Part shown: positions 63,397 through 64,000 of the stretch, piece by piece
Position numbering within the stretch: position 1 is the first letter of the stretch
Layout: each line of letters opens with the position of its first letter
Assembly: GCF_018350175.1 (NCBI RefSeq)
Contig: NC_058368.1
Coordinates: 207,764,001-207,828,000 of the forward strand
From: Felis catus
Taxonomy: Eukaryota
Direction of reading: 5' to 3'
DNA length: 64,000 bases
Translations under genes and position numbers: made by a program
Notes under the pieces: generated by a model
Database searches by the model: none
Seen by the model: only the letters and a program-made list of their open reading frames with translations
What the model was told of the DNA's origin: nothing

Positions 63397-63765
63397 GTGA
63401 GTGTAACACAGGCAATAAAACTATTATTTTTATAATCAATTAATTCAATAACTCATAAATTTTAGCCAAGCAGAATTAGTTATTAATTCTAAGAATATGG
63501 GATGGAATTTGAGTTTACTTTAAAATAGTAGTTCCTTCAAGGAACTATGTGTAGTACCCATTTTTTTTCTATAAAGGGGAAGAAGCAGCTAGATTGAGAC
63601 AAAAGTATTTGATTTACTAGTCTAAAAAAATATATCAAGGACTAGACCATCAATTCCAATTTTCCTGCCATTTTCAAGTAGCAAAACTGCCAAACAAAGC
63701 CCAAATTGACGATCCATGGTTTGTTTTTTTTTAATTTATTTTTTTATTTTCATTTATCTTTGTAG

Positions 63766-63930
63766 GCCTGTAGGCTGTATGCAACAAAACATTTAAGAGT
63801 ATTATTGAGAGCTAATGTTGAATTCTTCAATAACTGGGGAATTGAATTACTAGTGACCCAGCTACACGATAAAAACAAAACAATTTCTTCTGAAGCTCTT
63901 GATATTCTGGATGAAGCATGTGAAGACAAG
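63766..63930 (+). CDS. RICTOR: RICTOR exon 23 (165 nt)
   Basis: tttgtag|GCCTGT...GACAAG|gtgaag; ACRLYATKHLRVLLRANVEFFNNWGIELLVTQLHDKNKTISSEALDILDEACEDK. Confidence 0.97.
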
Positions 63931-64000
63931 GTGAAGGTTCATTATTTTATAATAGAATACTTAGACATGAATTTTTATTCAATTATTTTAAATTAATTTT

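Overview
This is mammalian genomic DNA from a felid, probably domestic cat, judged by SINEC_Fc/CAN-SINE and feline L1 3' ends. The whole window lies inside RICTOR (mTORC2 subunit) on the + strand. It holds 21 consecutive coding exons (exons 3-23 by human numbering, 2246 nt, about aa 33-781) that splice in frame with no stop; exons 1-2 and 24 onward lie outside the window. The introns contain about 36 carnivore tRNA-derived SINEs, three short recent L1 3' fragments, old L1M/L2/MIR, MaLR LTRs, hAT/Tigger DNA transposon relics and microsatellites. I found no convincing new biological system. The best leads are splicing and TE oddities: an 83-bp tandem duplication of the exon-7 donor, a GC...AAG intron 14, a phase-symmetric exon 3-7 block flanked by inverted SINEs (a possible stop-free circRNA), and several structurally aberrant SINEs. 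Repeat family names and human comparisons come from memory of consensus sequences, not from a search.
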